Of a DNA stretch of 64,000 bases, positions 49,262 through 58,338 are shown piece after piece. The notes under the pieces are model-generated. The model did no database searches. It worked only from the letters and a program-made list of their open reading frames with translations, and was not told the origin of the DNA. The position numbers and the translations under genes are program-made. Source of the DNA: Candidatus Altimarinota bacterium (lineage in GTDB: Bacteria; Patescibacteriota; Gracilibacteria; UBA4473). The stretch's first letter is position 1. Every line of letters begins with the position of its first letter. Where the stretch lies: the NCBI GenBank assembly GCA_965231215.1, contig OZ246423.1, forward strand, positions 96,001 through 160,000, given 5' to 3'.

Positions 49262-50967
49262 GCGGCCGCTTGTTTTGAGGCTCTATAGTGTGTATAGGCC
49301 ACATGGCCAAAGGTTTTGATGAGTCTTTTTTGTTCTCGTGTAAACTTTCTATCCAGGGTCCGCTCTAGCGCCTCTTCAGCTACTTCAGTAGCAAAGTGAG
49401 CAACCATCCTCCCACCGATAACATAATCTAACACCGAAGACAAACCTGACAAAGCCGCATAACCTCCAACAAGTTTTGCACTAGTAGTACTAAAGAGAGA
49501 TTCTTTAACTTTCCGTGGAAGCGTTTTAACAAAACCCGAAGCAGAAAATTTACCAGCTCGGGCAGCGGCCTTCGCAAGCCCTTTCTTGACCATTTTTTTA
49601 GCGCTTTCTTTAGCCGTAACTTTTGTAGCAGCTCCAATAACAGACCGTGCCACCCAGGTTTTGGCTCCGCCACCAATAGCCGCCACAGCCGGAGCGGCTA
49701 TACCACCGGTTCCAAATACTGAAGCCCCAATACCGACAACCGTAGCGGTATCTAACACTAAATTCGTCCCTAATATTGAATATTTAGCCCAGATCGGCAG
49801 GTGATCTAAGTCTGAAGTACCGTTATACAAATACTCAAAAGGCACAAGCCCCCAAACCACTTCCCCAACTTCTTCAGTCAGAGAATCATTTCGTCGGTGA
49901 GAAGGAGCTAAATACCAATCAAAAATTCTTGTACTAAGTTCAAATACAGCAGCCCTTCCTCTAATTTTACGAGCCTTCAAACCATAGTCTTCGGCCATAG
50001 AGGCAAAGGTACGTGGGAATTTTTTTTGTAGCTTTTTTAACTCGGTCATATCTATTTGCTGCATCAGATATTTTTTTGGGGACATCCCTTTGTGTTTTCC
50101 ATGGACAATATCCATAAGGGCTTGTTTTCCTGCACTTGAAGCGGCTTTTCTAAATTTAGTAAACCCTTGTTTCACGATCAGTACAGCTTCGGCTCCTTCT
50201 TTTTCTATTTCTTTTTTATGTCTTAGCCCTTTCTTAGTTTTTTTAGCTGCTTCCTCTGCGTCTTCTAGATAAGGATCATATTTATCACGAAATTGTTCAT
50301 AGCGTTTTTTCCCAAACTCAGCAGCATTTCTAAGTGGCACTACTTTTCTCATCGCTCCGTATTCAAAAAATACATCGGTAAAACTACGCTTCACAAATTT
50401 CCAAAACCCAATATCTCCAGCTTGGTATTCGGCCCAATTGTTTTTGAAAATTTCACCACGAGTTCGTATTTTAAACTTTCCACGAGCATCTTGGTACATA
50501 AATCTGTCCATTTCTGCCTCTACCTTGGCTAAAGCCTCTTGCTTGGTAAGCCCTCCCCCCGCTTTGGCCGCCTCTTCTTGTGTTTCAACAATCTTTTCTT
50601 CTAAAACATCATTGCCTTGCTTGAGAAGTTTTTCATCTTTCCATACTTTTTCCCCTAATTCAATATTATCATTAGCGACTTTAAGTGCTGGATCTACCTC
50701 CCCTTTAGCCGCTTTTACCTCCCGAGATAAATGATTTCTATGCGTATCAAAAAAGAAATCCCAGGTATGCCTTTCTACCGTATGATTTTTTAAATGTTCA
50801 GTATGTCCTGCGGTACTTCGTCTTACTCTCTCCCGATCTAAATGAACCACATTTGTTTCATTATCATTGGCTGACTCTCGAGGCATAAAAACCTCAAAAA
50901 CATGCCCTAAAAGTCCTGTGTTTTCACTAGGTTCAGTTTCATTCGCACGTTTAGGCGCAGTAACCAT
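49258..50967 (-). CDS. 569-aa hypothetical protein with Gly/Ala-rich hydrophobic segments
   Basis: No signal peptide; LVLDTATVVGIGASVFGTGGIAAPAVAAIGGGAK; own TGnTATAAT box. Confidence 0.8.
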   Translation of the reverse strand: MVTAPKRANETEPSENTGLLGHVFEVFMPRESANDNETNVVHLDRERVRRSTAGHTEHLKNHTVERHTWDFFFDTHRNHLSREVKAAKGEVDPALKVANDNIELGEKVWKDEKLLKQGNDVLEEKIVETQEEAAKAGGGLTKQEALAKVEAEMDRFMYQDARGKFKIRTRGEIFKNNWAEYQAGDIGFWKFVKRSFTDVFFEYGAMRKVVPLRNAAEFGKKRYEQFRDKYDPYLEDAEEAAKKTKKGLRHKKEIEKEGAEAVLIVKQGFTKFRKAASSAGKQALMDIVHGKHKGMSPKKYLMQQIDMTELKKLQKKFPRTFASMAEDYGLKARKIRGRAAVFELSTRIFDWYLAPSHRRNDSLTEEVGEVVWGLVPFEYLYNGTSDLDHLPIWAKYSILGTNLVLDTATVVGIGASVFGTGGIAAPAVAAIGGGAKTWVARSVIGAATKVTAKESAKKMVKKGLAKAAARAGKFSASGFVKTLPRKVKESLFSTTSAKLVGGYAALSGLSSVLDYVIGGRMVAHFATEVAEEALERTLDRKFTREQKRLIKTFGHVAYTHYRASKQAAA

Positions 50968-51028
50968 CCCTTCATTATACCATATAAAGCCCTAATTTAA
51001 AAGCTTTTCTAAAGCCTCAAAAATAAGG

Positions 51029-51583
51029 TTAAAACTCAAAGAGTACCGCTTTTTCGAAATCAAAAAGGGCCGCCGAAACGCTATTGGGAAAATCACTAAT
51101 ATAGACATTGTATTCTTCGGCAATTCTATTGTAATCTTTTTGTAAAACTTCTATCTGGTCTTCTATTGCTTGAAGCTGAGATTTTAAATCTAAAAAATCT
51201 GGCTTTCCTTTAAAATTAGGATCGCTTTCCATTTCTAGTAGCAGCCCTTGCAAAGCCGCCTTTAAATTTGATTGATGTTGATTAAACTGAGTCAATGAAA
51301 CTAAATCATTTACCGGTACATTGGCATTTTGAACTTTATCCAAAGCCTGAGCTACCGCTTCCAAAATTTCAGGCTTATGGCCCCTTTCTTTTGAAGCCAT
51401 CGCTAATAAATGAGTCACAATCTCTGAGCGTTCCTGATATTGGTCTTGTATTTTTGTCCAAGTATTTTTAACCGATTGATCCAAACCCAGCATGGTATTA
51501 TAAGGCGAACTTAAAAACAGGATAATACAAAAACCACCAACAATAGATATCAACAGAAATGGGTTACTTTTAGCAAGTTTCAT
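51029..51583 (-). CDS. lemA: LemA-family protein
   Basis: N-terminal TM, YN, W..I...YQ.R, F..L..QL..IED, YN....FP...A. Confidence 0.85.
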   Translation of the reverse strand: MKLAKSNPFLLISIVGGFCIILFLSSPYNTMLGLDQSVKNTWTKIQDQYQERSEIVTHLLAMASKERGHKPEILEAVAQALDKVQNANVPVNDLVSLTQFNQHQSNLKAALQGLLLEMESDPNFKGKPDFLDLKSQLQAIEDQIEVLQKDYNRIAEEYNVYISDFPNSVSAALFDFEKAVLFEF

Positions 51584-51708
51584 AGGCTAATCTAAGAGAA
51601 ACAAAGATATTATAACTATTTTTACAATGAACAAAAATATTGATCAAAAAAAATTAGAAAAACATCAAAATTTTATTAAACTAATTATAGCTTATAAAAA
51701 CTTAATAA

Positions 51709-52401
51709 ATGAAAAAAATCTGTATACTTTTTTGTATTACACTCTTTCTAGGAGGATGTGGTGACAATCCGCCAGAAACACCAAAATCTGTCACAGTAAC
51801 CCCTGTAGAAACACCCCAAGCCAGCGAAGAAACTCAAGCTGAAACCCCGGAAGAAACCGAGGCTCCTGATACTATTCTCGGAAAAACAGAAAACGAGTGG
51901 ATTACTTGGCATAATGCGCTACAGAGAGAGCTAGAAAACGAAGAACTCATCTGTGAAGCAGGTGAACGAAGCTTTGATCGTGTAGAAGTTCTAGACGTTA
52001 GTGAAGATTCTGAACTCATTCAAATAACCTGTAACGTGTATGCTTACCAAGCTGACTTTATTTACTACCACCACGCCAAAAAAGCTCCATTAGATGAAGA
52101 ATACTTTGGAATTCTATCCTTTGAGGAAATGGTAGGAGAAAAGTTAAGACCTTCTAAAAGACTTGTTGGAGTCTTTTTTGATAAAGAAACCAAGATTTTA
52201 GAATCCATCTCAAAAGGACGAGGTTTGGGGGATTGTGGAACCGCGGCTAAATATCAATGGAATAAAAATTCTGGAAATTTTGAATTAACCGAATACCGCA
52301 AGAAGGCAGACTGTGATGGAGATATAGAAAGTGATTGGCCCGTGGTATACCCATACAAAGGAAATGGAGAGTCCATCTTAAATGACGACCCAAATTCTTA
52401 A
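51709..52401 (+). CDS. Lipoprotein with a DUF1176-like domain
   Basis: Lipobox LGGC; AYQ, KGRGLGDCG, CDG...WP motifs. Confidence 0.75.
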   Translation: MKKICILFCITLFLGGCGDNPPETPKSVTVTPVETPQASEETQAETPEETEAPDTILGKTENEWITWHNALQRELENEELICEAGERSFDRVEVLDVSEDSELIQITCNVYAYQADFIYYHHAKKAPLDEEYFGILSFEEMVGEKLRPSKRLVGVFFDKETKILESISKGRGLGDCGTAAKYQWNKNSGNFELTEYRKKADCDGDIESDWPVVYPYKGNGESILNDDPNS

Positions 52402-52406
52402 TTTCC

Positions 52407-52438
52407 AAAAAAAAGCCTCCACCTTGTGGAAGCTTTTT
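52407..52438. terminator. Bidirectional terminator
   Basis: AAAAAGCCTCCAC/GTGGAAGCTTTTT between convergent genes. Confidence 0.75.
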
Positions 52439-52443
52439 AAGCC

Positions 52444-55400
52444 TTAATTACGAGCTACTTCTTCCCTGTAGCGTATCAATGAACCTTGAGATTCTTGTCT
52501 GAGCCCTCTTAGTACACTTGCTACCTTAGAAGTGTTTTTAATAATTTTTAGATTTTTTTCTCGACTAATTCGTGAAGGTTTTGGATTAAGGTATGATTTA
52601 CGGGCAAATTTGTCTGTTTTAGCCGCTACATAGTTATTTCGGTTCTGCACAGAAACCACCATATTACCTCTATTAGGTCGAATTATTTTGGGCATTGCTT
52701 TGCCTTTCAGCGCATAAAGACGTCGCATAGATTCATATCTATTAGTTGTGGCTACACTTTTATGCTTTTTAGATTGAGCATTAAGCTTGTTATTTATGGC
52801 GTTATAGTTTTTTTCCACACTCGCCTGGTCTACATCATAACTCTGCCTATGACGTCGGTACCCTCGGTATACGATGGGGACCCGAGAATATTGGTTAAAG
52901 ACCATAATTGATACTTTACCTTTAATGTAACCGGCAAATATCTTATATCCATTTCGGTTCGTGTAGTAGAGAGTTTGTCCTTCTCTTCCCTGGTTAAGGG
53001 TTCTTATAAAATCCATACTTTCTTCATAACTTAAAAATCTTCCAGATCCCAAAGCTTTTTCGGCACGAGTCATCCCAGAAAATCCCCCAGTATGACTTGA
53101 ACCAGCAATAGTAGCAATCCCTACAGGTGAGAACAATGCTGAAGACTTAGTCACCACATTGCCGATATTTTTAACCAAATAAACATTGTTCCCTTGGCCT
53201 ATAATTTCAGCTTCGGGATTGTTACTGCTAAGGCCTGTAATTCGAGCAAAACTAGTAATCTCAATTCCTGCACCAGTATTGGTATAAGTAGCTTCACCCG
53301 AAAAACTATTAACTGTAATTTGGCTTGTTTGCCTTATACCGTTGATACTAAAAGTCTTACTGGTACTCAAAATCACCGCCTGATTTCCTGTTTGAATTTT
53401 ACCAGACTCTACTAAATCTAATTGAGCATTAAAGACAACAGCAGAAGTTCCAATCGTAAGAGATTCTTTGGCAATATAGTGTGTTGGGACTTTAATAACG
53501 TCTATCTTGTATTCTTGTCCAGGAGCTACAGAAGTTGAAAATTCCCCATTAACATCACTCACTACAGTACAAATTTCCCTTCCTGGCTGACAGTATTCAC
53601 CAAATTTAGAAATAATATTAATGTAAGCCCCTTCTATTGGGAGACCGGAATCTTTATCTACTACAGTTCCAGTTGACGACGTTCCATAGGCTTGAGCGTA
53701 AAGTAACTGTTCTCCTGAAGTATTCCCAGCTTTATCAACTGTATTAATGTAGAAGTTATAAACATCACTATCTGGAATAACACTAGCAGGAGTAAAAGTT
53801 CTAGCAGGCAGAACCACTGTACTAGATTCATTAATAGCGGTGTTTGTATTCTCAAACCGAACTTGAAAATTAATCACTCCAGAACCAGCAACTAAATCCA
53901 GAGCATCTAAATCTCCTTCCCCACTCCAGTTAAACACCGCATCGGCAATAGCTTTAAAATTAGCTGTCGCTATCCCTTGAGCATCCAATACCGTGGTAGG
54001 ACTATCTGGAGCCGTACGATCATAAAAAACTGAGGTCCCATCCATAGTGGAAATGATATTCAAGCTGTTATTCCCAGCTAGATCCAAAATATGAATATCA
54101 ATCCCCGCCGTTCCCTCTGGGTCAACCGCATCACCAACAACCGAGGCCGTCCAAACATTTCCAGATGTATTGACAAAAGCTGGCGTTTTTCCAAGCAGTG
54201 TTCCGGTAGGTGTCTGAATCGTTTCTACAGTTTCAAAAGTAAGCGTAAGCGTATCCCCTACTCGAGCATAATAAACCGGTGCATCAGCTATGTATGAATT
54301 CGTAGAAGCCATAGTAACACTCCCTCCAACCAAAGTCGGATTAGTTCTATCAAAAGTCACTGAACTTCCATCAGTTACACCCGTAACTTGAGTTCCTGTA
54401 TTCCCTGCTTGGTCTTGGAAATCAATAGTAAAAGGGGTTAACCCTTCCGTCTCATTTCCATCCGTAAGCAATGACAAAGTCCAGTTATCTCCCGAAGGAT
54501 TAGCCGCTACCCCCGCTTCAGTAAAGAGTGTACCACTAACTCCCGTAAGCGTTTCACTTCCCGTAAAACTTACCGTAACCGTATCATTGGTTTTGGCAAA
54601 AGCTGGGTTTATATTATTAGAGGCAATAGATACTGGATTCAGGGTTGGATCAACCGTATCGGTAAGAATTGGACCTCCCGTAATGGCGCCAAGACTCGTA
54701 ATCGTTGCCGTATTCCCCGCCGCATCTGTTAGGTCAAAATTTACGGTTGGAACCACCGATCCATTATCTCCATCAACGACCGTAAAAATAAGCTGATCAG
54801 AAGTAGAGGCCGTCGCATCCATCTCTTGAGTAAGAGTTGTAATATTAGTTGCCGAACTAGCTGTATTAATCGCTGAAACCGTAGCCGATTCATCAAAATT
54901 AACCGTGAAAGTAACCGATTGTCCTTCACGAGCAAATCCAGGATTTCCATTTGTTGCAATACTAACTGAATCAAGAGAAGGCGCCTGAGTATCAACACTA
55001 AACCCCGTAACATTTAAAGTTGAAGAACTGTTCCCTGTAGCATCGGTCACTATAACCGTACAATTAGTGTGAGGGCCGTCAGGCAAAGTATTAAACGTAA
55101 CCGTATTATTCCCTGAAGAAGCCGCGGTTGTCACACTTGAACAATCTCCTCCATAGCTAATTGTTCCCGCTTCATCTGAACTAAACGTATAATCTGGTGT
55201 ATTGTCATTCGTTAGTGTAGACACTGGAGTAACTTCTGCAACAACAGGCGATGTTGTATCAACTGTGACATTACTAGGGGTCGGAGTATATGGAAAAAGT
55301 GGTGGATTAGTCAGGTCTTCATTAAGTCCATTTTGAAAAGTAATATTCGTCACGCTTACCGTTCCATTTTGTCCGCCCAAAACTGTATAAGTAGCACTAT

Positions 55401-55659
55401 GGGTTGTGCTAGAACCCACTAAAGGAAACGTTGCCGTTAGCCCTGTAGAAGCTCCCACATCAAAGGTAACCACTCCAGTTCCATTAGCATCATCCGAAGC
55501 AGTAAGCGTCAGGGTGAACGTAATGGTATCTCCAGTGGTGGCCAGAGTAGTTGTGACATTATCAGATACCGCCGTCATACTTGAAAAATCAGGCGCCGCA
55601 TACACACTCCCAAGACCCAGAGCCATAAAAGACATCATTCCGAAAGCCAGTTTTTTCAT
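52444..55659 (-). CDS. Large secreted surface protein with Ig-like repeats
   Basis: Signal peptide (MKKLAF...VYA), T/S/D-rich repeats ending D.AGN and starting D...P, a CarboxypepD-like module, and a basic C-terminus. Confidence 0.85.
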   Translation of the reverse strand: MKKLAFGMMSFMALGLGSVYAAPDFSSMTAVSDNVTTTLATTGDTITFTLTLTASDDANGTGVVTFDVGASTGLTATFPLVGSSTTHSATYTVLGGQNGTVSVTNITFQNGLNEDLTNPPLFPYTPTPSNVTVDTTSPVVAEVTPVSTLTNDNTPDYTFSSDEAGTISYGGDCSSVTTAASSGNNTVTFNTLPDGPHTNCTVIVTDATGNSSSTLNVTGFSVDTQAPSLDSVSIATNGNPGFAREGQSVTFTVNFDESATVSAINTASSATNITTLTQEMDATASTSDQLIFTVVDGDNGSVVPTVNFDLTDAAGNTATITSLGAITGGPILTDTVDPTLNPVSIASNNINPAFAKTNDTVTVSFTGSETLTGVSGTLFTEAGVAANPSGDNWTLSLLTDGNETEGLTPFTIDFQDQAGNTGTQVTGVTDGSSVTFDRTNPTLVGGSVTMASTNSYIADAPVYYARVGDTLTLTFETVETIQTPTGTLLGKTPAFVNTSGNVWTASVVGDAVDPEGTAGIDIHILDLAGNNSLNIISTMDGTSVFYDRTAPDSPTTVLDAQGIATANFKAIADAVFNWSGEGDLDALDLVAGSGVINFQVRFENTNTAINESSTVVLPARTFTPASVIPDSDVYNFYINTVDKAGNTSGEQLLYAQAYGTSSTGTVVDKDSGLPIEGAYINIISKFGEYCQPGREICTVVSDVNGEFSTSVAPGQEYKIDVIKVPTHYIAKESLTIGTSAVVFNAQLDLVESGKIQTGNQAVILSTSKTFSINGIRQTSQITVNSFSGEATYTNTGAGIEITSFARITGLSSNNPEAEIIGQGNNVYLVKNIGNVVTKSSALFSPVGIATIAGSSHTGGFSGMTRAEKALGSGRFLSYEESMDFIRTLNQGREGQTLYYTNRNGYKIFAGYIKGKVSIMVFNQYSRVPIVYRGYRRHRQSYDVDQASVEKNYNAINNKLNAQSKKHKSVATTNRYESMRRLYALKGKAMPKIIRPNRGNMVVSVQNRNNYVAAKTDKFARKSYLNPKPSRISREKNLKIIKNTSKVASVLRGLRQESQGSLIRYREEVARN

Positions 55660-55783
55660 ACAGTTCATTACCAGATTCAAGACATAAATCAGATTATAAT
55701 AACATATATTTTACAAAATTTCAATAATATTGTTATGTAGTCAAGAATGCCATCAGGCGATTTGATAAAGGCTATATATCTAT

Positions 55784-55814
55784 CGCGTGGTGGATTACTC
55801 AGTACGAGTATGAC
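55784..55814. repeat. Possible degenerate copy of the tRNA-derived repeat
   Basis: CGCGTGGTGGATTACTC-N10-TGAC versus CGCGGAGGGATTACTC-N10-TGAC at 57440. Confidence 0.4.
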
Positions 55815-56037
55815 AAAAAAGTGACTCCCCTTCTGCGTATAAGACCTCAGCAAGAAGGTGATTACTTTCTTTAAGATTTAAACTTTTTGGGCTTCATAAA
55901 TCATTTTGTTTTATCATTTTTTGAATGATTTTGCAATGCTCCAAACAACTACATTTCGCACTATTCTTAAAATAAACACTTGCACTATTTTACTTTTACT
56001 AATAAAATTAAAATAAATACGGTTTTAATTTTACTTT

Positions 56038-57162
56038 ATGCACAACTTTACCGCAGGCAGGTACCAACAGCAGTACGAATATAAAAGCTTTTCACCGAGT
56101 TTGATGGCTGAACTCAACTTTAACTGGAAGAGCGATAAAACCGTGCAAATGCTAGCTGAAGCCAATCGTTATTTAGGCGAACTGAATGCTTCGTCACAAT
56201 TTGTGCCAGACATCGATTTTTTCATCGAGATGCACATTATCAAAGAAGCCACGACTTCTAGCCGTATTGAAGGCACAAAAACAGAAATAGATGAAGCCGT
56301 GCAGCCTGAAGACAACATTACTCCCGAAAAACGAGACGACTGGCAGGAAGTTAAAAACTACATTCAGGTAATGAATGAAGCGATTGTAGATTTAGAAGAA
56401 CTACCACTTTCAATGCGACTGATTAAAAAGGCTCATAAAACTTTGCTTTCAGGGGTTCGTGGTCACGGCAAAGCCGCTGGTGAAGTCCGTAAAAGCCAGA
56501 ACTGGATTGGTGGAGCGAGTCTTAAAACGGCTTCGTTTATCCCACCACACCACAATGAACTGAAAGAGCTTTTAAGCGATTTAGAAAAGTTTTGGCATCG
56601 CAGCGACTTACCTGAGCTCATTCGGATTGCCATTGCCCATTACCAGTTTGAAACCATCCATCCTTTTTTAGATGGTAACGGTCGAACGGGGCGAATGATT
56701 ATGACGCTCCATTTAGTAGATTTAGGCATTTTAGCCCGTCCAACACTGTATTTATCAGAATTTTTAGCGAGTCACCGCCAAGCCTACTTTGATGCCCTAA
56801 TGATGGCACGAGAAAGTAATAACCTTGAACACTGGCTCAACTTCTTTTTAGAAGGCGTGATTCAAACCAGTAAAAAAGGAAAACAGACCTTTGCTTCTAT
56901 TGTAAAACTTCGCCAACAATACGAAGAGAAACTATTGGTATTTGGTAAGCGTGCTACTACTTATCAAAAGCTGGTGTATCGTTTGTTTCAGAATCCCATT
57001 ATTTCGCCCCGAGAAACTGAAGCTTTTTTAGAAGTCTCGCCTCGTACAGCTAATAAAATGCTCCGAGATTTAGAAGCAATTGGCATCTTGAGTGAAATTT
57101 CACAAAGCCAGCGTAACCGCTCTTATGCCCTACACGATTACATTCAGCTTTTTAAAAATTAA
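56038..57162 (+). CDS. Fic-family protein (N-terminal inhibitory motif, C-terminal wHTH)
   Basis: HPFLDGNGRTGR; SSRIEG. Confidence 0.95.
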   Translation: MHNFTAGRYQQQYEYKSFSPSLMAELNFNWKSDKTVQMLAEANRYLGELNASSQFVPDIDFFIEMHIIKEATTSSRIEGTKTEIDEAVQPEDNITPEKRDDWQEVKNYIQVMNEAIVDLEELPLSMRLIKKAHKTLLSGVRGHGKAAGEVRKSQNWIGGASLKTASFIPPHHNELKELLSDLEKFWHRSDLPELIRIAIAHYQFETIHPFLDGNGRTGRMIMTLHLVDLGILARPTLYLSEFLASHRQAYFDALMMARESNNLEHWLNFFLEGVIQTSKKGKQTFASIVKLRQQYEEKLLVFGKRATTYQKLVYRLFQNPIISPRETEAFLEVSPRTANKMLRDLEAIGILSEISQSQRNRSYALHDYIQLFKN

Positions 57163-57165
57163 GCG

Positions 57166-57354
57166 ATGAAGGACTACAACTACTTTCAACTTCAACGACA
57201 AAGTGACAATTTAGTTTACAAATTTGATAAAGCTAAGCTTCCAAACAGCGAAAAAATACGCCCTATCAAACAACAGATAAAAGACCAAGAACTCAGTCTC
57301 AGATTCAATAAATGGTTAGAGCCAATTGAAAAGGAGAAAGAAAATATTGAATGA
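57166..57354 (+). CDS. Small hypothetical protein or gene remnant
   Basis: 62-aa ORF 3 nt after the Fic gene; no motif recognised. Confidence 0.35.
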   Translation: MKDYNYFQLQRQSDNLVYKFDKAKLPNSEKIRPIKQQIKDQELSLRFNKWLEPIEKEKENIE

Positions 57355-57432
57355 GAATTTAAAAGGTTAGAACCAAAGAAAAACCGCTCTAGGATTAATC
57401 AGAACGGCTATTGCAAGGATAAGTTTTCAAGT

Positions 57433-57567
57433 TGGTACACGCGGAGGGATTACTCGCTTCGCTCGTGACGGTGTATCGAACCCCGCGCTTCGCGCTGATG
57501 GGGTTCTAATCCCTCATAAAATCAAAAAACCTCAGACCTAAAGGTCTAAGATTTTTTGATGGTACAC
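57433..57567. repeat. tRNA-Arg 3'-end duplication with an inverted T-arm copy and hairpins
   Basis: The 19 bp TGGTACACGCGGAGGGATT are identical to 57976-57994; GGGGTTCTAATCCCTC (57500-57515) is an inverted T-arm copy; hairpin 57521-57560; TGGTACAC again at 57560-57567. Confidence 0.85.
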
Positions 57568-57672
57568 CCTACGAAACAGATTACGAACTTTTCATAATTT
57601 TTGGGTGAGCAGGAAAGAGCAGGTTGAGTTTCTTGATTTGACAAAATAGAAAAAAAATAATAAAAGAGGTTT

Positions 57673-57903
57673 ATGGAAAAAGGTAAATGTGAACGCTTAG
57701 AAGAAATTCTAAATCTGAAAAAAGGATTAGAAGACAATTCTACGACTCTAGCAAAAGCTGCTACTACAGGTCAAGTCCTTGAACCAGCTCTAGCAAATGT
57801 AACTTTGGATCTAGCTTCAGACATACGTTCGAAATTAGCGAATCTTATTTTAGCTTATCGAAGGGATTTTGGTGAAAATCCCTACAAGATTTTAAGCAAA
57901 TAA
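57673..57903 (+). CDS. Small hypothetical protein (76 aa)
   Basis: Helical ORF with a GAGG SD-like motif upstream and a terminator downstream. Confidence 0.6.
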   Translation: MEKGKCERLEEILNLKKGLEDNSTTLAKAATTGQVLEPALANVTLDLASDIRSKLANLILAYRRDFGENPYKILSK

Positions 57904-57923
57904 GTTTATTTTTTGTAACGAAG

Positions 57924-57957
57924 AAAAAGAGTCTAGATCTGATCTAAACTCTTTTTT
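57924..57957. terminator. Bidirectional terminator (tRNA / 76-aa ORF)
   Basis: AAAAAGAGTCTAGATC/GATCTAAACTCTTTTT. Confidence 0.75.
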
Positions 57958-57975
57958 GAACAAATAATTTATTCA

Positions 57976-58052
57976 TGGTACACGCGGAGGGATTCGAACC
58001 CCCGACACCCGGTTCCGAAGACCGGTGCTCTATCCAGCTGAGCTACGCGTGC
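57976..58052 (-). tRNA. tRNA-Arg(UCG)
   Basis: GCACGCG acceptor stem, D-loop GGA (A20), anticodon arm CCGGT-CT-TCG-GA-ACCGG, GTTCGAATC T-loop, encoded CCA. Confidence 0.97.
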
Positions 58053-58338
58053 ACTGTTATTAGTAATTTTGCTACTGCATTTTTTGGCTCCTCACAAAAA
58101 CATCATCTTTGACTACACTGTTTTTGTTAAGTCAAACTGCAAATAGCTGCGCGATTGTATTGAGGATGATACTTTGAATCAAGTTTTTTCTTCTTTAATC
58201 ACTTTTTGGTGAGGCTAAAAAAAAGCTTAAAAAAGTGCCTATCTGTGTACATCCGTGAGAAAATCTCAAGTTTTTCAGTACGACGACACTTTTAATTTTA
58301 GGCCAAATATGGTACAATGGCGGGATTTATTTACCTTT

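Noticed and set aside
57433-57567. Second tRNA gene, intron-containing tRNA or CRISPR repeat
   Set aside because: Only the acceptor 3' strand and T-arm fragments are present, with no D or anticodon arm, no regular spacers and no cas genes.
55700-58000. Prophage or intact integrative element
   Set aside because: No integrase, transposase or phage structural genes occur in the window.
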